Shown here one piece after another: positions 29,740 to 39,895 of a stretch of 64,000 nucleotides of DNA (its first letter is position 1; each line of letters starts with the position of its first letter). The notes under the pieces were generated by a model. It was not told the origin of the DNA. It saw nothing but the letters and a program-made list of their open reading frames with translations, and ran no database searches. The translations under genes and the position numbers were made by a program. The stretch is from Candidatus Poribacteria bacterium (GTDB taxonomy: Bacteria > Poribacteria > WGA-4E > PCPOR2b), in contig OZ244042.1 of NCBI GenBank assembly GCA_965215015.1, positions 1,504,001 through 1,568,000 on the forward strand. Direction: 5' to 3'.

Positions 29740-32028
29740 ATGAGGTGTTTAAAAATGAAAGGAAGGATGTGTATGGATTATCAGTCACAGAGATGTTCCC
29801 CGTTTCAAGGGGAAGAACTTTACAAAATCTATTTGTTCATTTGCTTAGTTGCATATTTGCTCATTTTACCCCCCTTCATGGTCGGTGCATCCCCAAACGC
29901 CAGTGAATATCAAGTGGAGGCATACCGGACTTTTAGCAGTATCGAAATTGACGGTGATTTCAATGAGCCCGACTGGGATGAAGCCAAATCTGTTAGTCAA
30001 TTTAGTCAGGTTGAACCGGATGCGGGTGAACCAATGACCCTACCGACCGAAGTCCGTATTCTCTACGATCAAGAGAATATCTACTTCGGCTTTACCTGTT
30101 TTGATTCAGATGTTTCCAAGCTAGTCGCCAACGACATGCGACGCGATGCGCGTGAGTTGCATGAAAACGACTATGTTTTTCTTATTCTTGACAGCTATAA
30201 CGATAAACGAAGCGGCGTTGCGTTCCGTGTTAATGCGTTGGGAGCGGTACAGGATACCGCAGTAACCAACAGCGGAGATAGCTTCAACCGAGATTGGGAC
30301 GCGGTGGTGGATTGTCAAAGCCAAATTCATTCTGATCGTTGGACCTCAGAAATTTCTATCCCCTTCGGTCAACTCCGTTTTAAGGAAAGCGATCAGATGA
30401 CGTGGGGACTGAATTTGTCGCGCGGCATCCGCCGAACCAATGAGGAAGGGACATGGGCACCGGTCCCCTCATCGTATGGTGGACGTGCGAAATACCGTAC
30501 CGCCTACATGGGTAGTCTGGTAGGATTAGAAGGGATTAAGCCGAAAAGACAAATTGAGTTTCTGCCTTACGTTTTACCCGGTTTGAGTCGAATCGAAGAG
30601 GATGATAAGACGGATGGAGAATTCGAGGTTGGATTAGACCTCAAGTACGGGTTGACTACGAATCTCATCGCTGATTTGACATTTAACACAGATTTTGCAC
30701 AGGTTGAAGCCGACGAGGAACAGGTTAACCTCACCCGCTTCAGTCTGTTCTTTCCCGAGAAGCGTCCTTTCTTCTTAGAGGGAGCAGGCCTTTTCGATTT
30801 TGGCGTTCCGCGTCCTAGCTTTCGGCGCCCACCGCCGCTGCTCCTTTTCTACAGCCGTCGTATCGGCATCGAAGAAGAACACCCCATTCCAATCATTGGG
30901 GGGGGCAAGATTACGGGAAAAATGGGACCCTATGGCGTCGGATTGCTCAACGTGTTCACCAACGAATTTCACACCGATGAATCAATCACCGACCCCGAGG
31001 ACATTGTCGATGTACCACATACCAACTACTCGGTGCTAAGGATGACGCGCGACCTGTTCAGCGGCTCTCGTGTCGGGCTAATTGCCATTAACAAGCAGGA
31101 TTCAGAGAACTACAATCGCGCCGGTGGGCTTGATTTCTCGTATCGTCCAGCCGACCAACTGGAAATTCGCGGACTGTGGGCACGGACAGCGGATTCAGAG
31201 GAGGATGGTGAACAAGCGGCTGCCTGGTATATCGGTTCAAATTGGCGCGATGACCACTTTGACCTGTCAGCTGGTTACACCGATATCGGTGATAACTTTA
31301 ACCCAGAAGTTGGGTATGTCCGACACCAAGGGAGCCGTCGATTCCATAGTGAAATGCAGTACACACCTCGACCGCGTAAATTGGGGATTCGCGAAATTCA
31401 GGTGGGACCAGAGGTCGATTATATTCTCACTCAGGAAAATGAATTGGAAACGCTTGATCTCGCACTCGGTAGTCGGATTGAACTCGACAACGGTGAGCGA
31501 ATTACGTTTCAAGTCAGACGTACAGCGGAGCATCTCGAAGAAGACTTCGATATATACGAGGACATTATTATTCCCGTTGACGAGTATGAATTTAATTGGT
31601 TTCGTGTTATGGTCGAAACCGATGAAAGCAAGATGTTCGCCGGACAGTTTGGGGTGAATGTTGGAGAGTTCTTCGATGGAACGAGACGGGGGTTCGAGAT
31701 TGATGCCAACTTCAAACCGAATGGACGGCTTGTGGTCGAAACGCAGTATCAATTTGACCGGGTCGAACTCCCATCGGAATCTTTCAATGCAAACGTGTTA
31801 GCAAGCCGGATTGTCTACTCCTTCTCTACCCGTCTCTTTGCAAAACTGTTCGCACAGTGGAACAGTGCAGACGCTGTAGTTTCAACCAACTTCCTGCTCA
31901 ACTATATCTATCGTCCAGGCAGCGACTTCTACTTTGTGTTTAACCAAGTTTATGACGAGGACAGCGGGACGATTGGGCTCTCGGAATCAACGCTTGTCGG
32001 AAAAATGACGTATTGGTGGAATCCGTAA
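29740..32028 (+). CDS. CBM9-like + DUF5916 outer-membrane beta-barrel protein
   Basis: IDG.FNEPDW CBM9-like N-terminus; FNTDFAQVEADEEQVNLTRFSLFFPEKRPFFLEG and FYSRRIG motifs. Confidence 0.85.
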   Translation: MRCLKMKGRMCMDYQSQRCSPFQGEELYKIYLFICLVAYLLILPPFMVGASPNASEYQVEAYRTFSSIEIDGDFNEPDWDEAKSVSQFSQVEPDAGEPMTLPTEVRILYDQENIYFGFTCFDSDVSKLVANDMRRDARELHENDYVFLILDSYNDKRSGVAFRVNALGAVQDTAVTNSGDSFNRDWDAVVDCQSQIHSDRWTSEISIPFGQLRFKESDQMTWGLNLSRGIRRTNEEGTWAPVPSSYGGRAKYRTAYMGSLVGLEGIKPKRQIEFLPYVLPGLSRIEEDDKTDGEFEVGLDLKYGLTTNLIADLTFNTDFAQVEADEEQVNLTRFSLFFPEKRPFFLEGAGLFDFGVPRPSFRRPPPLLLFYSRRIGIEEEHPIPIIGGGKITGKMGPYGVGLLNVFTNEFHTDESITDPEDIVDVPHTNYSVLRMTRDLFSGSRVGLIAINKQDSENYNRAGGLDFSYRPADQLEIRGLWARTADSEEDGEQAAAWYIGSNWRDDHFDLSAGYTDIGDNFNPEVGYVRHQGSRRFHSEMQYTPRPRKLGIREIQVGPEVDYILTQENELETLDLALGSRIELDNGERITFQVRRTAEHLEEDFDIYEDIIIPVDEYEFNWFRVMVETDESKMFAGQFGVNVGEFFDGTRRGFEIDANFKPNGRLVVETQYQFDRVELPSESFNANVLASRIVYSFSTRLFAKLFAQWNSADAVVSTNFLLNYIYRPGSDFYFVFNQVYDEDSGTIGLSESTLVGKMTYWWNP

Positions 32029-32035
32029 AACGGTT

Positions 32036-32238
32036 GGCTCATATAATAAAGAAAGTGCAAAACGCAAAGCACGTGAAACGTGAAAACCATTGGTTCATTA
32101 GTGCAGTCGGGCTTGGAAGCCCGACCTACGGGGCTTATAAAAAAATGCAAAACCCGAAGAGAAATTGTAGAGGTGGGGTTTCCCGCCCCTACTTGTCAAA
32201 AAAATCGGTTTCCGTTGCACGATTTCTTAAGATGGGCT
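32036..32238 (-). mobile_element. Composite GGCTCAT-family MITE carrying heptamer repeats and GTAG-type palindromes
   Basis: Ends GGCTCATA.../...TTAAGATGGGCT flanked by AAACGGTT/AAACAGTT; homologous to 56546-56725. Confidence 0.65.
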
Positions 32239-32288
32239 AAACAGTTAATGAGGGACGAACAACGAATAGAAAACACAGGAGTTTCCTC

Positions 32289-33317
32289 ATGAAACGCTTT
32301 TTGCTTCGGATGCTTGGACTTGGATTCACGCTAAATGGGTTACTAGTTGCCTCTCTGATTAGCCTTGCGGAAGAGGGGGAGTGGTCAAGGAGAGCTGATA
32401 TGCCTTTTCCAAGACTCTTTTTCTCAGTCAGTGCAACTGACGAACTGGTTTTCGTCATCGGCGGTATGCTCGCTGAATCGATCGCGAGAGTTGACACCTA
32501 TGACCCAGCGACTGACACATGGACACAGAAAGCAGACATGCCAACGGCACGCGCGGGAATTGCTACCGCTGTTGTTAATAGGAAGGTGTACGCCATTGGC
32601 GGCTGGAACAATGAGTCCCCTGCACTTTCGACCGTAGAAGAGTACGATCCGGCAACCAATACGTGGACACAGAAAGCAGACATGCCAACGGCACGGGTGT
32701 TTTTCGCAACTGCTGTCGTCAACGGAAAAATCTATGCTATTGGGGGCATCGCAACAAACTTCGGCCCAGTGCTATCGGCTGTCGAAGTGTACGATCCAGC
32801 GACTGACAAGTGGACGCAGAAAGCAGAGATGCCAAATCCTCGGTCAGGGATGTCTGCCGCGGCGATGGGTGGGAAAATCTACCTGCTTGGCGGTGTGTCT
32901 AACATACAAGGCCCCACGCTTGCAACCGTTGAGGAATACGATCCCATAACTGAAACTTGGGTGCCAAAAGCAGGTATGCCGACGAAAAGGACTGCCCTAG
33001 CAGCCGACGTGCTTGGGGGGCAAATCTACGCGATTGGTGGCACTGCTGTTGTGCAAGGGCCGGGGCTAGCCACAGTTGAAGGGTATAATCCCGTGAGCAA
33101 TACATGGTTGAAGGAAACAGATATGCCTACTCCGAGAGTGTTTTTGGGGGCGGGTGTTGTGAACAACGAAATCTATGCCGTTGGTGGAGTCGCAGCAGGG
33201 TTAGGTCCAGCCATTCTACCCGCCATGGAGGCATTTGATACCGGCAGGCTGGGTGTCGAAGGAAAAGAAAAGCTGCTAACGCTGTGGGGACAAATCAAGG
33301 AAAGGCATTTGAGATAA
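32289..33317 (+). CDS. Secreted Kelch-repeat protein with conserved C-terminal tail
   Basis: Six GG...V..YDP.T..W...ADMPT.R Kelch repeats; signal peptide; ends GVEGKEKLLTLWGQIK. Confidence 0.92.
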   Translation: MKRFLLRMLGLGFTLNGLLVASLISLAEEGEWSRRADMPFPRLFFSVSATDELVFVIGGMLAESIARVDTYDPATDTWTQKADMPTARAGIATAVVNRKVYAIGGWNNESPALSTVEEYDPATNTWTQKADMPTARVFFATAVVNGKIYAIGGIATNFGPVLSAVEVYDPATDKWTQKAEMPNPRSGMSAAAMGGKIYLLGGVSNIQGPTLATVEEYDPITETWVPKAGMPTKRTALAADVLGGQIYAIGGTAVVQGPGLATVEGYNPVSNTWLKETDMPTPRVFLGAGVVNNEIYAVGGVAAGLGPAILPAMEAFDTGRLGVEGKEKLLTLWGQIKERHLR

Positions 33318-33931
33318 TGATGTCCAACGAAACGGCCGAGACAACCGATGTTTCCAAGAAACGGATGAAGAATCTCTTTGTTGCCCAATTTGCAAAACCA
33401 TCGGACTTAGAGGAAATTAATCTGAGTCAATTGACGCCGTTTCAGCGGGCACTGCTAATCATCGATGGAACAGTTACCCAGTTCATCGAAGCCTATACAT
33501 TCTCTCCGATTGAAGTTGCGCTGCTCCACCAAGAGACGCAAACCCTACCCACCGATCATGTTTGGCTCGACGCTAAAAAAGGAACGGAAGTAGTTGTCCG
33601 CCACGTGATGCTGCAAACGGGGCAAAAGGACGGCCAGCAGCCGACTGTCCATGCCTACGCAACCTCAATCATCGTACTGAATCGAATCCCACAAATTATC
33701 AGAGAAGGCTTGACGCTCAAAGGTCAAGGTTTGGGGCAATTATTACAGCGCAGCGGTTTAGAAACCCGACGCGATCTGCTGTGGTGGGGACTCGAACGCC
33801 CAAAAGATTTACCGGCGGTTCTCCTTCATTTAGAAGGAAAACCGTTCCTCAGTCGCACTTATCGTATTGTCGCTGACGGACACCCCATTATGTTAATCAG
33901 CGAACAGGCTCCACTTGATGGATACGCCTGA
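33317..33931 (+). CDS. Chorismate pyruvate-lyase-like protein (DUF98/UbiC-like fold)
   Basis: QRALLIIDGTVT.FIEAY, YA.S.I, GLGQLL...LET.R, SRTY.I...G.PIMLISE; TAATG overlap with the Kelch gene. Confidence 0.75.
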   Translation: MMSNETAETTDVSKKRMKNLFVAQFAKPSDLEEINLSQLTPFQRALLIIDGTVTQFIEAYTFSPIEVALLHQETQTLPTDHVWLDAKKGTEVVVRHVMLQTGQKDGQQPTVHAYATSIIVLNRIPQIIREGLTLKGQGLGQLLQRSGLETRRDLLWWGLERPKDLPAVLLHLEGKPFLSRTYRIVADGHPIMLISEQAPLDGYA

Positions 33932-34111
33932 GAAAACGAGAGAACGAGAATCCATTCACGAATCTACGCTAATTTTTTATGATTCGCGTGGATTAGCGGA
34001 TGCGTTATCTCACTTTGCCGCTTTCACACTTGCAGCTTCTACGCTCCCTTGCCTTCTCACAAACTCACTCCCTCGTTTTTCCCAACGTTCAATCCGAATC
34101 CCCATGATCCC

Positions 34112-35218
34112 CTATTGCAGTCTTCCACGTCCCAGAAGGGGCCAAACCGTCTCGACGATGCCCTCGCGGATACCATAGATTTCGTCGTGTAATGCAACGG
34201 TAACATCTGAGTAGCCGATAACAAACTCAATTTTGTCTCCGACACGTGGCGTTTCACTCGGTTCTGCGAGTTCAACCTTTCCATGCTCCGCCGACAGCCC
34301 CACTGATGTTACACCCGAAATTCCGACAGGAACTGGATCCGCTGCACCTTCACTCATGGTCTTTCTCCCGGCATCGCAGATAATCCGCGTGGGGGCAGGA
34401 CGGCTTGTAACTGTGGCGAGGACTGTAAGGGCGTACGGGTGATCGACGCCAAACTGATTGCGATAGATAACGTCGCAAAAAATGCCGCCACCCGCTTGAA
34501 TTTCTGTGATACCCGGCTGGAAAGCACTGATCCAGTAAGTTCCCGTTCCACCACAACTGATGATGTCGATGGGCATCCCTTCGTTCCGGCATTTCTGCGC
34601 GGTGTCCGTGACGGATGTCAGGGCATCGTCAATCATCCGCTTTTTCTCCTCTATATCTGGGATGCGAAGCGCAGTTGATTCCCAAGTAAAGAGACCGGCA
34701 AGTTGCACCCCTTCCCTACCGTGAATCTTGCGAGCCAAGGCGAGAGCGGGTTCTCCTGGATCTACACCGGCTCGGTTCATACCCGTGTTGATCTCAATGA
34801 CGAGGCGAACACGAACTCCCTTTTCACGGGCTGCACGGTCAATGGCTTCTACATGCTCCTCACAGTCAACAGCAACCATGACATCCGCATGTTTCCGTAA
34901 ATTGACTAGACGGGCAACCTTCTGCGGCCCAACAACTTGGTTAGCGATTAGGATGTCCTTCACACCGCCGGCAGCCATAACTTCCGCTTCACCCAACTTG
35001 GCGCAGGTGACACCGAGGGCACCTGCATCTATGAGTTTATGGGCGAGTGCCGGACTTTTCATTCCCTTTGTATGGGGGCGCCAATTAACCCCGGCTTCAT
35101 GAATAATGGTTGACGCCATCCGGTCAATGTTGCGCTCCATCGTTGGCAAATCAATTAGGAGCACCGGCGTGTCCAGCTCTTCCTTACAACAACCGACGAG
35201 ATTCGTGTGTGCTATCAT
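34112..35218 (-). CDS. DSD1 / D-threonine-aldolase-like fold-III PLP enzyme
   Basis: LDTPVLLID, WRPHTK, TCAKLGEAE, EINTGMNRAG, GGTGT, EIQAG, DAGRK, SAEHG. Confidence 0.88.
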   Translation of the reverse strand: MIAHTNLVGCCKEELDTPVLLIDLPTMERNIDRMASTIIHEAGVNWRPHTKGMKSPALAHKLIDAGALGVTCAKLGEAEVMAAGGVKDILIANQVVGPQKVARLVNLRKHADVMVAVDCEEHVEAIDRAAREKGVRVRLVIEINTGMNRAGVDPGEPALALARKIHGREGVQLAGLFTWESTALRIPDIEEKKRMIDDALTSVTDTAQKCRNEGMPIDIISCGGTGTYWISAFQPGITEIQAGGGIFCDVIYRNQFGVDHPYALTVLATVTSRPAPTRIICDAGRKTMSEGAADPVPVGISGVTSVGLSAEHGKVELAEPSETPRVGDKIEFVIGYSDVTVALHDEIYGIREGIVETVWPLLGRGRLQ

Positions 35219-35302
35219 AACAAACCCGCAGTCTTCACCTCGAATAATCGAGATGACCCATGCGGACTCCTTTCTTTTTAAAATGTGAGTTCTTCTTACG
35301 TT

Positions 35303-37294
35303 TTACGTTCCACATTTCATACCGGCTTCAAGTGTTTCGACAATTGCATCCACATCGTAGACACAACCTCCCCATGTCCCCCCACCGACGCTCTGGAGTG
35401 CCGCCCATAGACGCGTATCGTCCGGCAGCAAATCGTCAGGGGAAAGGTCCATACGTGCGGACCTCTCTGCTAGGACCTGTGTACCTGCCTCAACACCGAA
35501 GTTCTGGTCTCCATGCCCGACCAAATCAATGCTCCCTTCAAGTCGATTCCGATCGATACAAATTTGAATCTGATCGCCATCAATCAACTTGCCGATAGGT
35601 CCACCTGCTAATGCTTCTGGCCCAACGTGTCCGATGCACGCGCCGGTTGATACGCCGGAGAATCGCGCATCGGTAATTAGGGCGACATGTTTACCGAACG
35701 AAAGATGCTTGAGCGCGGCAGTAATTTGGTAAACCTCTTCCATACCGGATCCCATTGGACCGCGGGAGCAAAGCACCATTACTTCCCCCTGCCTAATCTG
35801 ATTGTCGTCATTACTTTTGAGGGCCTGAATCGCGTCGCGCTCGCGCACAAACACACGGGCCGGTCCCGTCATTCGGTAGACGCCGTCCTCATCAACAACG
35901 CTGGGATCAACCGCGGTGCTTTTGATGACAGAACCCTCCGGCGCGAGATTCCCACGTGGAAAGGTGACCGTGCTGGTCAGTCCACGCGCCTTTGCAACAT
36001 CCGGGGTCATAATCACGTCGTCCGGATCGATTCCATCTCGATCCATCAAGAGATTTCGCACCCGCTGACGGCGCTCCGACTTCTCCCACCAGTCGAGGTT
36101 CTGCCCAAGGGTTTCGCCTGAAGCGGTGATAACATCTTCATTCAACAGTCCTAATGCTCGTAAATGCAGCATCACTTCAGGAACACCACCCGCTAGAAAG
36201 ACCTGAACCGTTGGATGACCAACAGGACCATTGGGCAGAACATCAACGAGGCGAGGCACTTGCCAATTAATCTCCATCCAATCCTCCACAGCTGGACGAC
36301 GAAGTTTTGCCGCATGTGCGATGGCAGGAATATGCAGAAGCAAGTTAGTTGAACCTCCGCAGGCAGCATGGACAACCATCGCGTTCCGCACCGCTTCATC
36401 TGTCAAAATATCGCTCATCTTGAGCCTCTTTGCGTCGAGGTTGACCAAGGCGCGGGCAGACCGTTTTGCCATATCTGACCAAATCGGTTGGCCCGATGGC
36501 GCAAGCCCGGAATGCGGTAGCGTCATCCCTAGCCCCTCGGCAACAACTTGCGATGTTCCGGCGGTGCCAAGAAACTGGCAGCCACCCCCCGGGCTTGCAC
36601 AGGCTTTACAGCCGAGGTCAGAAGCATCCTGCAAGGAGATCTCCCCATGTGCAAAACGGGCACCGATAGACTGAATCTTGCCTGCGTCTTCACCTTCGGT
36701 GGGAGGCAGCGTCACACCGCCGGGGACTAATACACACGGCAGGTCGCGCATCGCAGCAATTGCAATCATCGCCGCGGGCAGTCCCTTGTCACAGGTTGCA
36801 ACCATCATCACCCCTTTGCGCGTCGGCAACGACCGGATGAGGCGTCGAAAGATCATTGCGGCGTCGTTACGATAAGCGAGACTGTCCATCATACCAGGGG
36901 TGCCTTGCGTACGTCCGTCACACGGATCCGAGCAGAATCCAGCGAATGGGATCATACCAAGTGCTTTGAATTCGGCCGCGGCTGCCTCCATTAACAAGCC
37001 AACTTCCCAATGCCCGGTGTGATAACCAAGCGCAATTGGACTCCCGTCAGGTGCACGGATACCCCCCTGTGTGCTCAGGATGAGGAACTCTCTCCGATTG
37101 AGTTCACCGGGAGCCCAGCCCATACCTGTATTATGGCTCCAGCCAAAGACATCTCCACTCGGCAAATTGAGTAACATCTCCGGTGTCAGTGGCAGACTGC
37201 CCTCAGGACCGGGCGAATGGGTTTCCAAATCGTAAATTGTAGAATCGTTAGAATCCAGAAGTTCGTCGAAATTAATAGCTTTCTTAGAAGCCAT
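35303..37294 (-). CDS. YjhG/YagF-family D-xylonate (sugar-acid) dehydratase, IlvD/Edd family
   Basis: [66 protein letters not shown]. Confidence 0.9.
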   Translation of the reverse strand: MASKKAINFDELLDSNDSTIYDLETHSPGPEGSLPLTPEMLLNLPSGDVFGWSHNTGMGWAPGELNRREFLILSTQGGIRAPDGSPIALGYHTGHWEVGLLMEAAAAEFKALGMIPFAGFCSDPCDGRTQGTPGMMDSLAYRNDAAMIFRRLIRSLPTRKGVMMVATCDKGLPAAMIAIAAMRDLPCVLVPGGVTLPPTEGEDAGKIQSIGARFAHGEISLQDASDLGCKACASPGGGCQFLGTAGTSQVVAEGLGMTLPHSGLAPSGQPIWSDMAKRSARALVNLDAKRLKMSDILTDEAVRNAMVVHAACGGSTNLLLHIPAIAHAAKLRRPAVEDWMEINWQVPRLVDVLPNGPVGHPTVQVFLAGGVPEVMLHLRALGLLNEDVITASGETLGQNLDWWEKSERRQRVRNLLMDRDGIDPDDVIMTPDVAKARGLTSTVTFPRGNLAPEGSVIKSTAVDPSVVDEDGVYRMTGPARVFVRERDAIQALKSNDDNQIRQGEVMVLCSRGPMGSGMEEVYQITAALKHLSFGKHVALITDARFSGVSTGACIGHVGPEALAGGPIGKLIDGDQIQICIDRNRLEGSIDLVGHGDQNFGVEAGTQVLAERSARMDLSPDDLLPDDTRLWAALQSVGGGTWGGCVYDVDAIVETLEAGMKCGT

Positions 37295-37347
37295 ATTATA
37301 CCTACTTTCGTATCAAAACAGGAGCCTATGCCATTGTGGTGTACACA

Positions 37348-38082
37348 TCACAGTGGTTTGCCGCGCAACGCCTGCCGACATTGCATTAAACCGTTACCAG
37401 TCACATTATACGCAAAGGTGTTCATCCGTCGAGGCAGATCCGAGGTGTTAGCGGCAGAGCCGTGAATAATTAGTGCGTTGAAAAAGACACCATCGCCCGG
37501 CTCCATCTCCACTTGGACAGCATCGTCGCGTTCGTGATAGTGTCCCGGCAAGAATACACCAAATGTCTGTTGACGCCGTTGGTGCGTCTGCAACCCCCAC
37601 TTATGGCTGCCGGGGACAAACTGGATGCAGCCATTCTCCCGCGTTGTGGTATCAATTGCGAGCTGGCAGTTCACCATCAATGGACGGTTATCGTCCCGAT
37701 TCCAATAGGCATAATCCTGGTGCCACGGAATTGCTGTGCCATCTTTGGCATCTTTGGGAAGCAGCTTGCTGTGATATAGTGAAACGTCGGGACCAATCAT
37801 CTGTTCGATAATGTCCAGCATTGTATCTGAGCGCAAGATTTTGTTCAGGGTCGGGCTTATTAACTCACTGTTCATCAGCTGCTTAAGGCGTGGAGGTAGG
37901 CGAGGGTCATCAAATTCTTCCCAAGAAAGACCAACCCCCTCGACCGGTTGTTCCGCCATGCGATTGTGGATATCTTTGATATCTTCACGGATTTTTTCCA
38001 TATCTTCAGGCGAAGCAAGGGCTTTTTTCAGAATAAAACCGTTCTCATCATAAGATTGTTTTTCTGCAGAGGTGAGCATCAA
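37348..38082 (-). CDS. Phytanoyl-CoA dioxygenase (PhyH) family Fe/2OG enzyme
   Basis: PWHQD, ENGCI.FVPGSH, IHGS..N.S..R. Confidence 0.9.
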   Translation of the reverse strand: MMLTSAEKQSYDENGFILKKALASPEDMEKIREDIKDIHNRMAEQPVEGVGLSWEEFDDPRLPPRLKQLMNSELISPTLNKILRSDTMLDIIEQMIGPDVSLYHSKLLPKDAKDGTAIPWHQDYAYWNRDDNRPLMVNCQLAIDTTTRENGCIQFVPGSHKWGLQTHQRRQQTFGVFLPGHYHERDDAVQVEMEPGDGVFFNALIIHGSAANTSDLPRRMNTFAYNVTGNGLMQCRQALRGKPL

Positions 38083-38123
38083 ATCTACTCCTTTCTATAG
38101 TAGGGAACGTAGATTTGCGTTCC

Positions 38124-39527
38124 CTACGAGGCTTGGGCAAACTGAAGATAGATAGCATAGAATCCCAGCCCAATCATTGCAAGGAAGCAGATCCAAAGCA
38201 CAACATCGGACTTCCCGCCCGGCGCAACGCGGCGGTCGGTACGGAAATATCGCAAATAGATTGTATTGCCTGCGACAAGCGGCATCATCATCGCTCCAAT
38301 CGTGCCACTGATAGTGAGCATCCAGACCGGATTCTTAATAAAGAAATAGCACAATGACTGAATAGTTGGTGCAGCCACCGCCCAGATTTGTCGGACGCGG
38401 ACTCTCGCTTTGTAGTCATTGGAATCAATTACGCCAATGACACCCATTACGTCAGCAATCATTCGTGAACCACCGCCGAGCCCTGAAACCACCGTTGAAA
38501 AAAGCACAAAGAAGCCTCCAACCATAAACAGCCACCACGCCCATTGACCTAACGTCTGTGTGTACATGTTAGACAGAGTACTGAGCGTATCCAACCCATC
38601 GGGCATCTGCCCCATGCGATTCAGGACGCCAGCACCCAACATGTAAAAAGGAATCGTTGCAAAAGTCAGGACAATTAGCGTCAATACCACATCGGTCTGC
38701 ATAACGCGAATCCAACCACGTGCCCGGTTTACCCAGCCTTCGCTGTCATCGGTCGGGCCGGTGAAGCGAGCATAGCCTTTTTCGGTGCACCAGTAGGTGT
38801 AGGCCATCGACTCACCGGCGTTGACGCCGGTCCCGCCGTAAGCCGCCAACGCAGCTGCGATTGCAAACGCGGGGAAATTAAATTTCAGCCCAGCCCCTAC
38901 ATCCGACCATGTGATGGCAAACTCTGTGAATTGTAGCAGAATTGCACATGCTAACGTGATGAAGGTGAAGGTCACTACCAGAAAAGTCAACAGCTTTTCG
39001 AGGAAGCGATAGGTGCCACTCAGAATTAAACTCGCAGTTACTGCGGCGATGATAATCGTCCACCATCTTGAATCCATAAACGGCATCATCATGCTCATCG
39101 CCTGCCCTGCACCCCCATAAATTCCACCACCGCCCATGAGACCGGGAATCTGTTGCAGGAACCATAGTACAATAAACCAAGATATTTTGCTGCGGAAAAA
39201 GGGAATCGTACCGGGGATGTCGTTGAAAGCAGCGAGAGCAGTGTTACCCGATGAGACAGCGTAACGCCCTAGCTCCGCCTGCACAATGCTCTTGCCCCAG
39301 CAACTGAGTAGCATCCACCAGAGCATCACAAAACCAACCGTCGCGCCGAGGGTTGTCGTAAGAATAATCTCCCCCGATCCGACCACGGAACCGACCAGAA
39401 TCAATCCCGGTCCGAGAAACTTAAGCGTATTCCAAAAACCGACGGGAGGTTCTTGGATATATTCGCTCCGAAGGGCATAGGGATCTTCGGTGTCTCTCTG
39501 TACATTTGTATCTTCGTTTTCTGTCAT
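38124..39527 (-). CDS. Nramp-like membrane transporter
   Basis: LGPGLIL.GSVVGSGE, many TM helices, YTYWC.EKGY motif. Confidence 0.8.
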   Translation of the reverse strand: MTENEDTNVQRDTEDPYALRSEYIQEPPVGFWNTLKFLGPGLILVGSVVGSGEIILTTTLGATVGFVMLWWMLLSCWGKSIVQAELGRYAVSSGNTALAAFNDIPGTIPFFRSKISWFIVLWFLQQIPGLMGGGGIYGGAGQAMSMMMPFMDSRWWTIIIAAVTASLILSGTYRFLEKLLTFLVVTFTFITLACAILLQFTEFAITWSDVGAGLKFNFPAFAIAAALAAYGGTGVNAGESMAYTYWCTEKGYARFTGPTDDSEGWVNRARGWIRVMQTDVVLTLIVLTFATIPFYMLGAGVLNRMGQMPDGLDTLSTLSNMYTQTLGQWAWWLFMVGGFFVLFSTVVSGLGGGSRMIADVMGVIGVIDSNDYKARVRVRQIWAVAAPTIQSLCYFFIKNPVWMLTISGTIGAMMMPLVAGNTIYLRYFRTDRRVAPGGKSDVVLWICFLAMIGLGFYAIYLQFAQAS

Positions 39528-39593
39528 AAATTCAATCCTTTCAATATCAGAATTTCGGTTTCAATCCAGCGCGTTTGCACAACTGATTAGCGG

Positions 39594-39877
39594 TCATCCA
39601 ATCGGGATTTCTCGATGCTGTGGATGATATGCCACTATCATTTTCTGCAGTGCATCTTGAAGCATTTCCCGGCAATCTTCCCAAGTCCTTTCTTCGGTGA
39701 GTACTTCTCGCCATTTGACTAACTGTCCCATGTACCCGGAATCTATTTTTGTATATGGCTCATGTTAAGAAATCGTGCAACAGAACCGAGTTTTCAAAAA
39801 AAATCGGATTCTCTTCGTGTTTTGTACTCTTTATTTAATATGAGCCTTGTATATTTTGCAGTATAGATCATCAACAT
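39594..39877 (-). pseudogene. hicB: HicB-family antitoxin gene disrupted by a MITE
   Basis: Removing the MITE and one target copy gives MLMIYTAKYTKIDSGYMGQLVKWREVLTE...CREMLQDAL...EIP; AGGAG RBS. Confidence 0.75.
39757..39846 (+). mobile_element. 90-bp MITE with TIRs and perfect 8-bp target duplication
   Basis: GGCTCATGTTAA...TTAATATGAGCC flanked by TTGTATAT at 39749-39756 and 39847-39854. Confidence 0.85.
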
Positions 39878-39895
39878 TTTATTGACTCCTTCCAA

